This document shows positions 18,184-28,500 of a stretch of DNA of 64,000 nt, piece by piece. The notes below the pieces were generated by a model, which saw nothing but the letters and a program-made list of their open reading frames with translations, was not told the origin of the DNA and did no database searches. The stretch is from Mycobacteriales bacterium (GTDB taxonomy: Bacteria > Actinomycetota > Actinomycetes > JAFAQI01), in contig DASTWK010000067.1 in the NCBI GenBank assembly GCA_035776655.1, positions 28,768-92,767 of the forward strand, read 5' to 3'. Position 1 is the stretch's first letter, and each line of letters opens with the position of its first letter. The translations under genes were made by a program, and so were the position numbers.

Positions 18184-19095
18184 GTGAGCTCCGTCGATCT
18201 CTTCAAGCAACGCATCGGCCGGGTCGGCATCTGGTCCGGCCAGCTCGACTTCTCTCCCGCGCCGGTGGTGCGCGACGCCGCCCGTGAGGTGCAGGAGCTC
18301 GGGTACGGCGCGCTGTGGACCGGCGAGGCCGTCGGCCGCGAGGTGCTGACCGCCGCCCAGCTCCTGCTCGCCGCGACCGACTCGCTCGTCGTCGCCACCG
18401 GCATCGCGAACATCTGGGCGCGCGACGCGCTGGCGATGGCCGCGGGCCAGCTGGCGCTCGGCGAGGCGTTCCCGGGGCGCTTCATCCTCGGCATCGGGGT
18501 GTCGCACCAGCCGTTGCTGGACGTGCGCGGCCTCGACTACAGCCGGCCGCTGGCATTCATGCGCGACTACCTCGCGGGCATGGACCACGGCTACGACGTC
18601 TACCGGGCGGTGGCGCCCGACCCGGTGCCGCCGCGGGTGCTCGCCGCGCTCGGGCCGAAGATGCTCGAGCTGGCGGGCCAACGCGCGGACGGCGCGCACA
18701 CCTACTTCGTCCCGCCCGAGCACACGGCCAAGGCCCGCGAGGTGCTGGGCCCGCGCAAGCTGCTGGTGCCGGAGCAGGTCTGCGTGCTGTCCACCGACCC
18801 GGTGCTGGCGCGCGAGGTGGCGCGCCGACACACGACGTCCTACCTGCGACTGGCCAACTACACCAACAACCTCAAGCGGTTCGGCTTCGACGACGCCGAC
18901 TTCGCCGACGGCGGCAACGACCGGCTCGTCGACACGATCTGCGCGTGGGGGGATGTCGACGCGGTCTGCGCCCGGGTCAAAGCGCACCTCGACGCCGGGG
19001 CCGACCACGTGGCGGTGCAGGTGCTCGTCGACGACCGTCGCGGCCTGCCGCGCAAGGAGTGGGCCGAACTCGCCCCGGCCCTGCTGGCGCTGTGA
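18184..19095 (+). CDS. LLM-class F420-dependent oxidoreductase (luciferase-like monooxygenase fold)
   Basis: The TIM-barrel LLM signature is present (...GIWSGQLD...ALWTGEAVGRE...LGIGVSHQ...). Confidence 0.9.
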   Translation: MSSVDLFKQRIGRVGIWSGQLDFSPAPVVRDAAREVQELGYGALWTGEAVGREVLTAAQLLLAATDSLVVATGIANIWARDALAMAAGQLALGEAFPGRFILGIGVSHQPLLDVRGLDYSRPLAFMRDYLAGMDHGYDVYRAVAPDPVPPRVLAALGPKMLELAGQRADGAHTYFVPPEHTAKAREVLGPRKLLVPEQVCVLSTDPVLAREVARRHTTSYLRLANYTNNLKRFGFDDADFADGGNDRLVDTICAWGDVDAVCARVKAHLDAGADHVAVQVLVDDRRGLPRKEWAELAPALLAL

Positions 19096-19940
19096 CCCTG
19101 GAGCGGACGAGCGGCTTCGCCGCTGCCACCGCCGTGTGCCGGCGCGACGAGCCGCGGCACGACGCCCTGTTTGCCGAGGCGCGGTACGACGCCGTGTTTG
19201 CCGAGGCGCGGTACGACGCCGTGCTGGACGCCGGCTGGTCGATCGGCGGCAAGCCCAACGGCGGCTACCTGCTCGCCGTCCTCGCTCGCGCGGCCACCGA
19301 CGCGGCGGGGCGGCCGCACCCGCTGGCGGTGTCCGGCCACTTCCTGCGCCCGCCGAGCGGCGGGCCGGCGGAGGTGCGCACCGAGCTGGTGAAGGCGGGC
19401 CGCACCGCCACCACCGTGCGCGCCACGCTGTGGCAGGACGATCGGCCGTGTCTCGACACGCTCGTCACCACCGGCGAGCTGAGCGGCGGGCCGGTGGACT
19501 ACGCGGCGGGGACGCCGCCGGTGCTGCCACCGCCGGAGTTGTGTCCCGACCGCTCCGAGGTGCCGATGCGGGTCGAGCTGCTCGACCACGTCGACGTTCG
19601 ACTCGACCCGGCGACCGCGCCGTTCCCGGCCCCGACCGGCCGGCCGCTGATCCAGGGTTGGGTGCGGCTGCGCGATGGCACGGACCCGGATGCGCTGGCG
19701 CTGACCCTCGCGGTGGACGCGATGCCGCCGACCGTGTTCCACCTCGGCCGCCTCGGGTGGGCACCGACGGTCGAGCTGACGTTCCTGCTGCGCGGGCTGC
19801 CGGCACCGGGCTGGCTCTCCTTCCGGGCCGAGGCGACGTTCGTCGCGGACGGCTGGTTCGACGAAGACGTCTCGGTCTGGGACTCCACCGGGCGCCTCGT
19901 GGCGCAGTCCCGTCAGCTCGCACTCGCCGGACGCGCCTGA
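19092..19940 (+). CDS. Hotdog-fold thioesterase family protein (acyl-CoA thioesterase II-like)
   Basis: The GTG start overlaps the upstream stop (GTGA). Two hotdog halves are visible (WSIGGKPNGGYLLAVLARAA ... GWVRLRDG). An in-frame 27-bp tandem duplication sits near the N-terminus. Confidence 0.75.
   Translation: MTLERTSGFAAATAVCRRDEPRHDALFAEARYDAVFAEARYDAVLDAGWSIGGKPNGGYLLAVLARAATDAAGRPHPLAVSGHFLRPPSGGPAEVRTELVKAGRTATTVRATLWQDDRPCLDTLVTTGELSGGPVDYAAGTPPVLPPPELCPDRSEVPMRVELLDHVDVRLDPATAPFPAPTGRPLIQGWVRLRDGTDPDALALTLAVDAMPPTVFHLGRLGWAPTVELTFLLRGLPAPGWLSFRAEATFVADGWFDEDVSVWDSTGRLVAQSRQLALAGRA
19161..19214. repeat. In-frame 27-bp tandem duplication (gacgccVtgtttgccgaggcgcggtac x2), encoding DA[LV]FAEARY twice
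   Basis: The two copies differ at one base, read directly from the sequence. Confidence 0.7.
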
Positions 19941-20005
19941 GCAGGAGAAGCGGCCAGCACGGCGAACTCCTCGACCGGCAAGAGTTCTCCGAGGGGGCCA
20001 TCGAC

Positions 20006-20611
20006 ATGCGCGTTCGCGTCCTGACCTTGGCGGCGGCTTTCGGCGTCGTCGCAGCCGTCGTTCCGGCGCACGCGGCCAAAGCTCCCAAGCCGCAGATCAC
20101 CGACCCGGCCGGCGACGCCAACGGCATCAACGACCAGGGCTTCGGCATCGGCGCCCCGCCGTCGACCGCCACACCGGTCGACGACAGCAACGGCGACATC
20201 ACGTCACTGGCGCTCGCGACGACGTACAAGACGTCGCACCACCGCCGGGTGCCGACCGGCGCCACGATGACGTTGAGCCTTTCGGCGGCCCCGGACAGCA
20301 ACCACTTCTACGTCGTCACCGTCACGACGAAGACGTGCAAGGCGCTGGAGTTCATCTACGACACCAACCCGGTGCCGCTCTACGCCCAGAACCGCGCGCT
20401 GTGCACCGACTCGACCCCCAGCAAGGAGGTCGGGGGAGTGCCCGCGGCGGTGGTCAAGGGCAACAGCCTCACCTGGCGGCTGCCGCTGACGGTCTTCCCG
20501 GTCGGCACGACGTTCAGCGCGATCAGCGCCCAGACCCTGACCGGTGCAGTGCCGGCCGTCGTGATCGACGAGACCGACCCGTCCAGCGTCACGTTCACCG
20601 TCGGCAAATGA
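20006..20611 (+). CDS. Secreted hypothetical protein (Sec signal peptide, about 200 aa)
   Basis: A GAGGGGG ribosome-binding site is present. The signal peptide is MRVRVLTLAAAFGVVAAVVPAHA-AK. GC3 is high and no family was recognised. Confidence 0.7.
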   Translation: MRVRVLTLAAAFGVVAAVVPAHAAKAPKPQITDPAGDANGINDQGFGIGAPPSTATPVDDSNGDITSLALATTYKTSHHRRVPTGATMTLSLSAAPDSNHFYVVTVTTKTCKALEFIYDTNPVPLYAQNRALCTDSTPSKEVGGVPAAVVKGNSLTWRLPLTVFPVGTTFSAISAQTLTGAVPAVVIDETDPSSVTFTVGK

Positions 20612-20639
20612 CACCGGGACGCGCGCATAGTCTGCGTCC

Positions 20640-21314
20640 GTGACCGAAGCCCGTACGGCGGAGAACCCGGCCACGCCGGCGCCCGTGCCGATGCCGGCCG
20701 AGCTGCGGCGGGTGGCTGATGCGGCCAAGGGGTTCCTGCCGCCGGACGAAGCCGCCGCGCTCTACGACGCTGCCTGGGCGACGGCACGGCGAGGCCCACT
20801 GCTCGAGGTCGGCACCTACTGCGGCAAGTCCGCGACCTATCTCGGCGCCGCAGCCAGAGCCCGCGGCGGGCATGTCGTCACGGTCGACCACCACCGCGGC
20901 TCGGAGGAGAACCAGCCCGGTTGGGAATGGCACGACCCGGAGCTCGTGGATCGCGCCGTCGCGGCGATGGACACGCTGCCGTTCTTCCGGCGCACCATGC
21001 ACGCGGCCGGGCTCGAAGACGTCGTCGTCGCCGTGGTCGGTCGCAGCCGCACGGTGGCGTCGCTGTGGTCAACTCCGCTCGCGATGTTGTTCATCGACGG
21101 CGGGCACTCGGCCGAGCACTGCATCGACGACTACGCCGGCTGGACACCACACCTCATGCCCGGCGGCGTGCTCGCGATCCACGACGTCTTCCCCGATCCC
21201 GCCGACGGGGGACAAGCGCCGTACGAGCACATCTACCTGCCCGCGCTTCGGGACGGCTGCACCGAGGTCCGCCACGTCGGATCGCTACGAGTGCTCCTCA
21301 AGCCCGACCGCTGA
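20640..21314 (+). CDS. Class I SAM-dependent methyltransferase (O-methyltransferase / CmcI-like fold)
   Basis: The Rossmann MTase motifs are present (LEVGTYCGKSATYLG ... MLFIDGGHS). A GTG start was chosen; an ATG at 20691 is an alternative. Its 3' end overlaps the convergent neighbouring gene by 30 bp. Confidence 0.85.
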   Translation: MTEARTAENPATPAPVPMPAELRRVADAAKGFLPPDEAAALYDAAWATARRGPLLEVGTYCGKSATYLGAAARARGGHVVTVDHHRGSEENQPGWEWHDPELVDRAVAAMDTLPFFRRTMHAAGLEDVVVAVVGRSRTVASLWSTPLAMLFIDGGHSAEHCIDDYAGWTPHLMPGGVLAIHDVFPDPADGGQAPYEHIYLPALRDGCTEVRHVGSLRVLLKPDR

Positions 21315-22412
21315 CGGGCAGCCGCAGGCCGGATCCGGGATCAGGTCAACGCCGGCCGGCAACGTCTCGGCGCGGAAGATCCCGCTGCCCGGCGTCGTCC
21401 GCGACAGCGCATCCACGGCGAGGATCACCGCCGCGGCCGTCCAGGTGGAGTGCTCGACCGGCCAGTTGACCTGCTCGCGGAACTGCCAGCCGGTCCAGTA
21501 GGCGCCGTCGACGTCGCGCAGGTGCTGCATCGCGGTCAGCAGGTCGAGCGCCCGGTCGGTCTCGCCGACGGTGTCGAGGGCGAGCACCAGCTCGCAGGTC
21601 TCGGCGCCGGTGACCCAGGGCTGGTCACTGACGCACCGTGCACCGAGACCCGGCACGACGAACTCGTCCCACCGCTCGGCCAGGCGGGAAAGCGCCGCCG
21701 GACCACGCACCGCGCCACCGAGGACCGGGTAGTACCAGTCCATCGAGAACCGGCTCTTGTCGAGGAACGCCTCCGGATGTTCGGCGACGACGTGCGCCAA
21801 CCGCCCGGCGTCGAGCTCCCAGTCCGGTTGCGGGTCGCCGACCCAGTCGGCGAGCGCGAGCGCGCACCGCAACGACTGGTAGGTCGAGGACGAGCCGGTC
21901 AACAGCGCATCGGTGGTCGACCGGCCGTCGACGCCCACCAGCCAGCCGATCTCTCCCCGGTCGGTCTGCTGACGCAGGACGAACTCCACGGCCCGCCGCA
22001 CGGTCGGCCACATCCGCGCCGCAAACGGATCGTTGCCGGTGACCAGCAGGTGGTGCCAAACGCCGACCGCGACGTAGGCACACTGGTTGGTCTCGGCCGC
22101 GGGGTCGTCCACGACGCCGGAGGTCACCTTCGCCGGCCAGGACCCGTCGGCGCGCTGCGTCCGACGCAGCCAGTCGAACGCGCGGACAGCCTCGTCGGTG
22201 CAGCCCGCAGCGGTGAGCGCCATCGCGCACTCGACGTGGTCCCAGGGATCAGTGTGTCCACCGGGGAACCACGGGATGGCGCCGGACGGCTCCTGAGCGC
22301 GCACGATCGAGCGCGCAGTGGCGACGACGTCGTCCGCACTCAGCAGGCCGGGCAGCGCGGGCGGTTGGGGCCGGTCCGCGCCGGTGCCGACCCTCGTTTC
22401 AGGCTGCGACAC
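21285..22412 (-). CDS. (alpha/alpha)6-toroid protein (prenyltransferase/squalene-oxidase-repeat-like), a possible glycoside hydrolase
   Basis: Repeated aromatic-rich helical-hairpin motifs (W...DGSW, GW..., YW) are typical of the terpenoid-cyclase/GH toroid fold. It is translationally coupled to the upstream methyltransferase gene. Confidence 0.8.
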   Translation of the reverse strand: MSQPETRVGTGADRPQPPALPGLLSADDVVATARSIVRAQEPSGAIPWFPGGHTDPWDHVECAMALTAAGCTDEAVRAFDWLRRTQRADGSWPAKVTSGVVDDPAAETNQCAYVAVGVWHHLLVTGNDPFAARMWPTVRRAVEFVLRQQTDRGEIGWLVGVDGRSTTDALLTGSSSTYQSLRCALALADWVGDPQPDWELDAGRLAHVVAEHPEAFLDKSRFSMDWYYPVLGGAVRGPAALSRLAERWDEFVVPGLGARCVSDQPWVTGAETCELVLALDTVGETDRALDLLTAMQHLRDVDGAYWTGWQFREQVNWPVEHSTWTAAAVILAVDALSRTTPGSGIFRAETLPAGVDLIPDPACGCPSAVGLEEHS

Positions 22413-23130
22413 TGCTCGCCTGCGCGCGCGCCGGCTTGTCGGCGTAGAGCACCAGGCTCTTGCCGAGGACGGGGTTCAAGGTCTGCTCGGTCACCCGGGT
22501 CAGCCACGGGCGCTTCATGATGTCCCAGACCAGCAGCCGGTGATAGGCGCGCGAAGGCAGGCTCTCCTTGCCCAGCGCGCAGTTGAGCCACCAGTACGGC
22601 GCGTGCAGCGCATGCGCGTGGTGAGTCCCCCGCGGCACCAGGCCGACCCGGTTGAGCCGCTCGGCCAGCACGTCGCCGCGATAGATCCGCACGTGGCCGC
22701 CGGCGACGTCGTGATACTCGCGCGACAGTGCCCAACACACCCGCTCGGGCCAGAACCGCGGCACGGTCACTGCGACGCGACCCCCGGGACGGAGCACCCG
22801 GGCGATCTCGGCCATAGCCAGCTCGTCGGCGGGGATGTGCTCGAGCACCTCCGACGCCATGACGACGTCGAACGACGCGTCGGGGAACGGCAGCGCGAGC
22901 AGGTCGGCCCGCACGGCCCGTGCGACCACGTCGGGCGGGGCCTCACCGGCGGCCGCCATCGCGCGGAACATCGCGGTCACCTGCGCCACCTCGTCGGCGC
23001 TGCGGTCGACGGCGACGACGTGCGCGCCGCGGCGATAGGCCTCGAACGCGTGCCGGCCGAAGCCGCAGCCGAGGTCGAGCACCTGCTCGCCGGGATGGAT
23101 CGGGAAGCGGGAGAAGTCGACGGTCAGCAT
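22399..23130 (-). CDS. Class I SAM-dependent methyltransferase
   Basis: SAM motif I is present (VLDLGCGFGRHA), followed by a post-I acidic residue and motif II (VVMASEVLEHI). Confidence 0.9.
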   Translation of the reverse strand: MLTVDFSRFPIHPGEQVLDLGCGFGRHAFEAYRRGAHVVAVDRSADEVAQVTAMFRAMAAAGEAPPDVVARAVRADLLALPFPDASFDVVMASEVLEHIPADELAMAEIARVLRPGGRVAVTVPRFWPERVCWALSREYHDVAGGHVRIYRGDVLAERLNRVGLVPRGTHHAHALHAPYWWLNCALGKESLPSRAYHRLLVWDIMKRPWLTRVTEQTLNPVLGKSLVLYADKPARAQASSVAA

Positions 23131-24365
23131 GCGCCCTCCCGCGCGGCGACGGCTTCGGCGTACACCTCGGCGGTGGCCGATGCGGTCGAGCGCCAGGTGA
23201 ACCGCTCCAGCACCCGGCGCCGGCCGGCGGCGCCGAGCACGTCCCGCCGCGCCGGGTCGTCGAGCAGGCTGCCGAGGGCGGCGGCCAGGTCCGAGGGGTT
23301 GCCGGGCTCGACCAGGACCCCGCAGTCGCCGACCACCTCAGGCAGCGCGCCGGCCCGGGAGGCCACCAGCGGCGTCCCGCAGGCCATCGCCTCGACCGCC
23401 GGGATCGAGAAACCCTCGTAGAGCGACGGCACCACCGCGGCCGCTGCCGAGCCGAACAGGTCCGCGAGCGCAGGGTCCGGGAGCCCGGTGACGAACCGAA
23501 CGGCGTCGGCGATGCCCAGGTCGTCGACCGCTCGGGCGACCGGCCCGTCCGGCTTCGGCCGCCCGACGACGACGAGCTCGACGTCGCGCTCGGTCCGCAG
23601 CTTCGCCACCGCCTCCAGCAGCACACGCACGCCCTTCATCGGGCTGTCCGAGCTGCTGACCGCGACGATCCGGTTCGGCACCCTCGGCAGGGTCGGCGGC
23701 TGGAACAGCTCGGCGTCGACCCCGACCGGGATCACCCGCACCGCCGCACGACGCACGCCGAAGTCGCTGACGATGTCGTTGGCCGAGCTCTCGGAGACCG
23801 TGATGATCCGAGGGATCCGCCGCGCCACCCGCGCCTGCATCCGGGTGAAGCCGTACCAACGGCGCAGGGAAGTACGCCGACGCAAGCTCGCCGCCGCGTC
23901 CAGCTCGTGCCGCCGATCCACCGTGATCGGGTGGTGCACCGTCGCCACCAACGGCAGGTCGAGGCGGGGCAGGCCGAGCAGGCCATAACCCAACGACTGG
24001 TTGTCGTGCACGACGTCGAAGTCGTCCCGGCGGGCCGAGAGCGCACGCGCGGCCCGGGCGGAGAACGTCAGCGGCTCCGGGAAGCCGCCGGTCCACATCG
24101 TGGCGACCTCGAGCACGTCGACCGGGTCACGAAACTCGCGCAGCCGGGGGGTGCGGAACGGGTCGTCGTCGCGGTAGAGGTCCAGGCTCGGCAGCGGCCG
24201 CAAACTCACGCCCGGGTCGAGGTCGGGGTAGGGCTGGCCGCTGAACACCTCGACGTGGTGGCCGAGAGCGACGAACTCCCGGGACAGATGGCGCACGTAG
24301 ACGCCTTGTCCGCCGCAGTGCGGCTTGCTGCGATAGGACAGCAGCGCGATGCGCAACGGCCTCAC
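23124..24365 (-). CDS. Glycosyltransferase family 4 protein (GT-B fold)
   Basis: The GT4 N- and C-terminal domains are present, including the EX7E-type region (...PSLYEGFSIPAVEAMACGTPLVAS...). The start was set at a GTG (VRPLRIALLSY...); the longer upstream extension looks non-coding. Confidence 0.88.
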   Translation of the reverse strand: MRPLRIALLSYRSKPHCGGQGVYVRHLSREFVALGHHVEVFSGQPYPDLDPGVSLRPLPSLDLYRDDDPFRTPRLREFRDPVDVLEVATMWTGGFPEPLTFSARAARALSARRDDFDVVHDNQSLGYGLLGLPRLDLPLVATVHHPITVDRRHELDAAASLRRRTSLRRWYGFTRMQARVARRIPRIITVSESSANDIVSDFGVRRAAVRVIPVGVDAELFQPPTLPRVPNRIVAVSSSDSPMKGVRVLLEAVAKLRTERDVELVVVGRPKPDGPVARAVDDLGIADAVRFVTGLPDPALADLFGSAAAAVVPSLYEGFSIPAVEAMACGTPLVASRAGALPEVVGDCGVLVEPGNPSDLAAALGSLLDDPARRDVLGAAGRRRVLERFTWRSTASATAEVYAEAVAAREGAC

Positions 24366-24546
24366 CGGGCATCCATCACGTCTGTCCGCCGTTCCTACCG
24401 AGGGAAAGGGCGCTGTCCGAACCGCGCTCGGTCCGATAGATGCTAACGAGGGAAAGCGGCCCGACCGCCAGCCGGGTTGACTGCCGGCCGGGCCTGCGGC
24501 CGGCCGGACACCGTACGGGCGGTCCCCACCGACTGAGGGAGGCAAC

Positions 24547-25461
24547 GTGGTGGCGGTGCCACCGGAGGAGCTGTTCGAGATCACGGGTGACGTGTCGGAG
24601 CTGCAGGGTCTGGTGCTGATCGAGGCGCTCGACGGGTTCATCGACGCGGGGGGCGCCCGCCGCCTGACCCGGGACCACCTGCTCGGCGGTGCGGAGCCCG
24701 AGACGGTCGTGACCTTCGACGTCGACCTGCTGCACGACTACCGGGCCCGCCGGCCACCGATGACGTTCGCGGCGGACCACTGGGAGTCCTACGAGCCGCC
24801 GACCCTGGACATCCGGCGGCTCACCGACGCGGCGGGTGCGCCGTACCTCCTGCTCTCCGGCTCGGAGCCCGACGTGATGTGGGAGCGGTTCGCCGCCGCC
24901 GTGCTCCTGGTGGCCCGCCGGCTGGGGGTGCACTTGACCGTCGGCACCAACGCGATCCCGATGGCCGTCCCCCACACCAGGCCGATCGGCCTGACCGCGC
25001 ACGCGGCACGCCACGAGCTGATCGCCGACTACGCGCCATGGGTGGGCACGGTGCAGGTGCCGGGCAGCGCCGGTCACCTGCTCGAGCACCGGCTGGCCGA
25101 AGCGGGGTTCGACTCGATGGGCTTCGCCGTGCACGTTCCGCACTACCTCGCGCAGGCGAACTACCCGCCCGCGGCGGAGGCGCTGGTGCGCGCCATCGCC
25201 CGTGCCACCGGGCTGGTGCTGCCGGTCGGTCCGCTGGAGGAGGCGGCGCGGGAGATGCAGCAGTCGATCGCGGGCCTGATCGGGCAGTCCGAGGAGCTCA
25301 CCGAGCTGGTGCAGACCCTCGAGAGCCAGTACGACGCCGCGGTCGCCGATCGAGGTGCCTCGCTGACCGAGACGGCATCGTTGCCGACCGGCGACGAGCT
25401 CGGCGCCGAGCTGGAGCGGTTCCTGGCCGAGCAGTCGCGGAAGCGGGACGAACCGCGCTAA
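24547..25461 (+). CDS. PAC2 (proteasome assembly chaperone 2-like) family protein
   Basis: The GTG start has a GGGAGG ribosome-binding site. PAC2-family architecture is conserved along the full length. Confidence 0.85.
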   Translation: MVAVPPEELFEITGDVSELQGLVLIEALDGFIDAGGARRLTRDHLLGGAEPETVVTFDVDLLHDYRARRPPMTFAADHWESYEPPTLDIRRLTDAAGAPYLLLSGSEPDVMWERFAAAVLLVARRLGVHLTVGTNAIPMAVPHTRPIGLTAHAARHELIADYAPWVGTVQVPGSAGHLLEHRLAEAGFDSMGFAVHVPHYLAQANYPPAAEALVRAIARATGLVLPVGPLEEAAREMQQSIAGLIGQSEELTELVQTLESQYDAAVADRGASLTETASLPTGDELGAELERFLAEQSRKRDEPR

Positions 25462-25530
25462 GTCCCTTGTCCGATCTATCCGCACATGGTGCAATTGTGA
25501 ACTCAGCCGCGCGCCGCTTGACCTGCCGGC

Positions 25531-28500
25531 GTGCGGTTGCACGGGGCGGACGGGGGGCGACCGGTGCCGGAAGCACCAGCTTCGGACCCGCAGCCCGGCC
25601 TGCCCGCAACCGGCGCAACCGGTGACCTGGGCCGGTTCCGCAGCCTCTGCGTCCTCGTCTGCGACATGGTCGACTCGACCGACGTCCGGGTCCGGCTCGG
25701 AGCAGACGGTGAGCGGCTGCTGCGACTGCTCGACACCATCACCCGCGACGTCGTCGGCACGCACGGCGGCAGTGTTGTCAAGGGCCTCGGCGACGGCGCC
25801 CTGGCCGTCTTCGAGTCCGCCACCGACGCACTCGCTGCCGCGGTTCGACTCCAACGGGGGCTCGACGAGATGCGCCGGCGCGGCGCCGCGACGGATCTCG
25901 CGGTGCGGCTGGCGGTCTCCGCGGGTGACATCTCCGTCGGTGCGGACGACTGCTATGGCCTGCCGGTCGCAGAGGCCGTGCGGTTGTGCGCCGAGACCCG
26001 ACCCGGCGAGATCCTCGTCACCGACGTCGTGCGCGCGTTGGCGCGGCACGGACTCGATGCGCCACTGACTCCGGCCGGACAACGCGAGCTGCGCGGGCTG
26101 CGGGAGCCGGTCACGGCCTGGCGGGTCGACTGGCAGCCGCGGGACTCCGGCTGGAGTCGCATCCCGCTGCCGGGGCGGCTGGCCACGGCCTTGCCCGGCC
26201 AGTTCGTCGGCCGCGAGGCGGAGCTGACCGACCTGCTCGACCGGATCGACGCCGGTGCGCCGCGGCAGGTCCTCCTGCTCTCCGGCGAGGCGGGGGTGGG
26301 CAAGACCGCGTTCGCCGCGGAACTGGCCCGGCGCATTCAGCAGCAGCACGGATCCGTCGTCATCTACGGCGCCTGCGACGAGGACCTGCGCCCGCCGTAC
26401 CAGCCCCTCGGGCACGCGTTGCGCCACCTCGTCCGGCATGCACCGACCGCCGCGCTGGACAACTACGTCCGCCGGCACGGCGGCGACCTGGCGGTCTTGG
26501 TCCCCGATCTGGTCGAGCGGTTGGGCCGGGTCCCACCGCCGCGCTCCACCGCACAGAGCGCGGACCGCTACCTGCTGTTCGACGCCGTGGCCTCCCTGCT
26601 CGAGGACGTCGTCGCCGAGACGAGCGTGGTGCTCGTGCTCGACGACCTGCACTGGGCCGACCGCGGCACCGTGTTGCTGCTCAGGCACCTGCTGACGACG
26701 CTCGAGCTGCCCGGCTTGGTGGTGATCGCCGCGTTCCGCGACACCGACCTGGCCGCCAGCAGCGGCTTCGGCGACCTGCTGGCCGAGCTGCACCGGTTCG
26801 AGGGCGTGCGGCGGATCGACCTCGACGGCTTGACGCCGGTCGAGGTGGAGAAGCTGGCGGCCGCGCTGCTCGCGGCGCAACCCGACGTGCTCGCTTCGCT
26901 GGCTGACCTCGTGCACCGCGAGACCGACGGCAACGCGTTCTTCGCGGTGCAGCTGCTGCGCCACCTCGAGGAGAGCGGTGACCTCACCGCCGGCAGCGGA
27001 GAAGTGCAGCTGCCGCCGACCGTCCGTGAGGTCGTCCGGCGACGAGTGCGCCGCCTCGGGCCCGACGTCACCCAGCTGCTGTCGACGGCGTCCGTGCTGG
27101 GCGTGGAGTTCCACCTGCAGACCGTCGCCGACGTCGCCGCCATGCCCGCCGACACCGCTCTCGACCTCGTGGAGGCGGCCGTCGCCGCGGCCGTGCTCCG
27201 CGAGGTGCCCGGCGGCTCGCGCTTCCGGTTCGTGCACGCGTTGGTGCAACACACCTTGTACGACGACCTGTCCAACGCCCGCCGGCACCGGTTGCACCGG
27301 GCGGCCGCGGAGGCGACGGAACGGCTGGAGTCGGCCAGCACCGCAGCGGCCCACTGGCTGGCCGCCGACGACTTCGTGGACCCGCTCCGCGCGGTGGCGG
27401 CCTGCACGGCCGCGGCCGACGAGGCGTTGCTCGCGCGCGCACCGGACGAGGCCGCGCGCTGGTACGCCGCCGCCCTCGATCTGCTCGCCCACACGCGAGA
27501 CGACGAGCTGCGCTGCGAGCTGTTGCTGCGCCTCGGCCACGCCCAGCGCCTGGCCGGTGACGCCGAACACCGGTCGACCCTGCTCGAAGCCGCGGCGCTG
27601 GCTCAGAAGATCGGCGACGCCGAACGACTGGCCCGGGCGGCGCTCGCCCGCACCCGCTGGTTCTCCAGCATCGTCAGCAGCGGCGGTGAGCCCGAGCAGC
27701 TGGCGCTGGTCGAAGCGGCCCTTGCCGCGGTGGGGCCGCAACCGTCATCGCTGCGCGCGGAACTGTTGGCCACGTTGTCCTCGGAGCTGGTCTACAGCGA
27801 CCGGCCGCACGAACGGTTCGCGGTGGCCGAGGAGGCGCTGCGGATCGCGCAGCTGCTCGGCGAGCCGCAGACCGAGTTCGACGTCCGGCTGTGGCGCTCG
27901 ATGGCGGGCCGTCGACCCGGCCCGCGGCAGCCGGCCGGCGAGCTCGCGGAGCTGCGGACGCTGGCGGACCGGCTGCACGACCCGCTGCGCCAGGTCATGG
28001 TGGAGGTCGTCACCGTCCTCCGCCGCTTCGGCGACGGCGCGCTCAGCGACGCCGCCATGGCGATCGAGCGCGGTGACGCGCTCGCGACGATGATGCGGCT
28101 GCCCGTGCTGCAGTGGCTGTTCGCCGTCCTGCGAACGACCCATGCCACCGCGTCCGGCGAGCTGGACGCCGCCGAGCGGTTGGCGGCGCAGGCGCTCGAG
28201 CTCGGGCAGGCCACCGATCAGCCGGACACCGCGTCCTGGTTCGCGGTGCAGATGTTCATGATCCGGCTCGAGCAAGGCCGCATGGACGAGTTCGAAGAGC
28301 TCATCGATGCCGAGCTGGCCGGCAGCGCCGCGGTCTACACGTGGCCGCCGCCGCTGACCCTGGCGTTGGTGGAGCTCGGCCGCACCGCGGAAGCCACGCA
28401 GTTGCTCGGGCAGATCCTCGACGCCGGCTATGCGCGCAACCCGGCCGAGCCGTTGTGGCCACCGGGGATGTGCTTCCTCGGCCTCGCCGCCGCCCGCCTC

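Noticed and set aside
24366-24641. N-terminal about 90-aa extension of the GT4 ORF (MNPSSASISTRP...)
   Set aside because: It is Ser/Pro/Arg-rich, with no GT4 homology before the conserved LRIALLSY start region. It is treated as 5' leader or promoter DNA, which also holds two ACGAGGGAAAG direct repeats.
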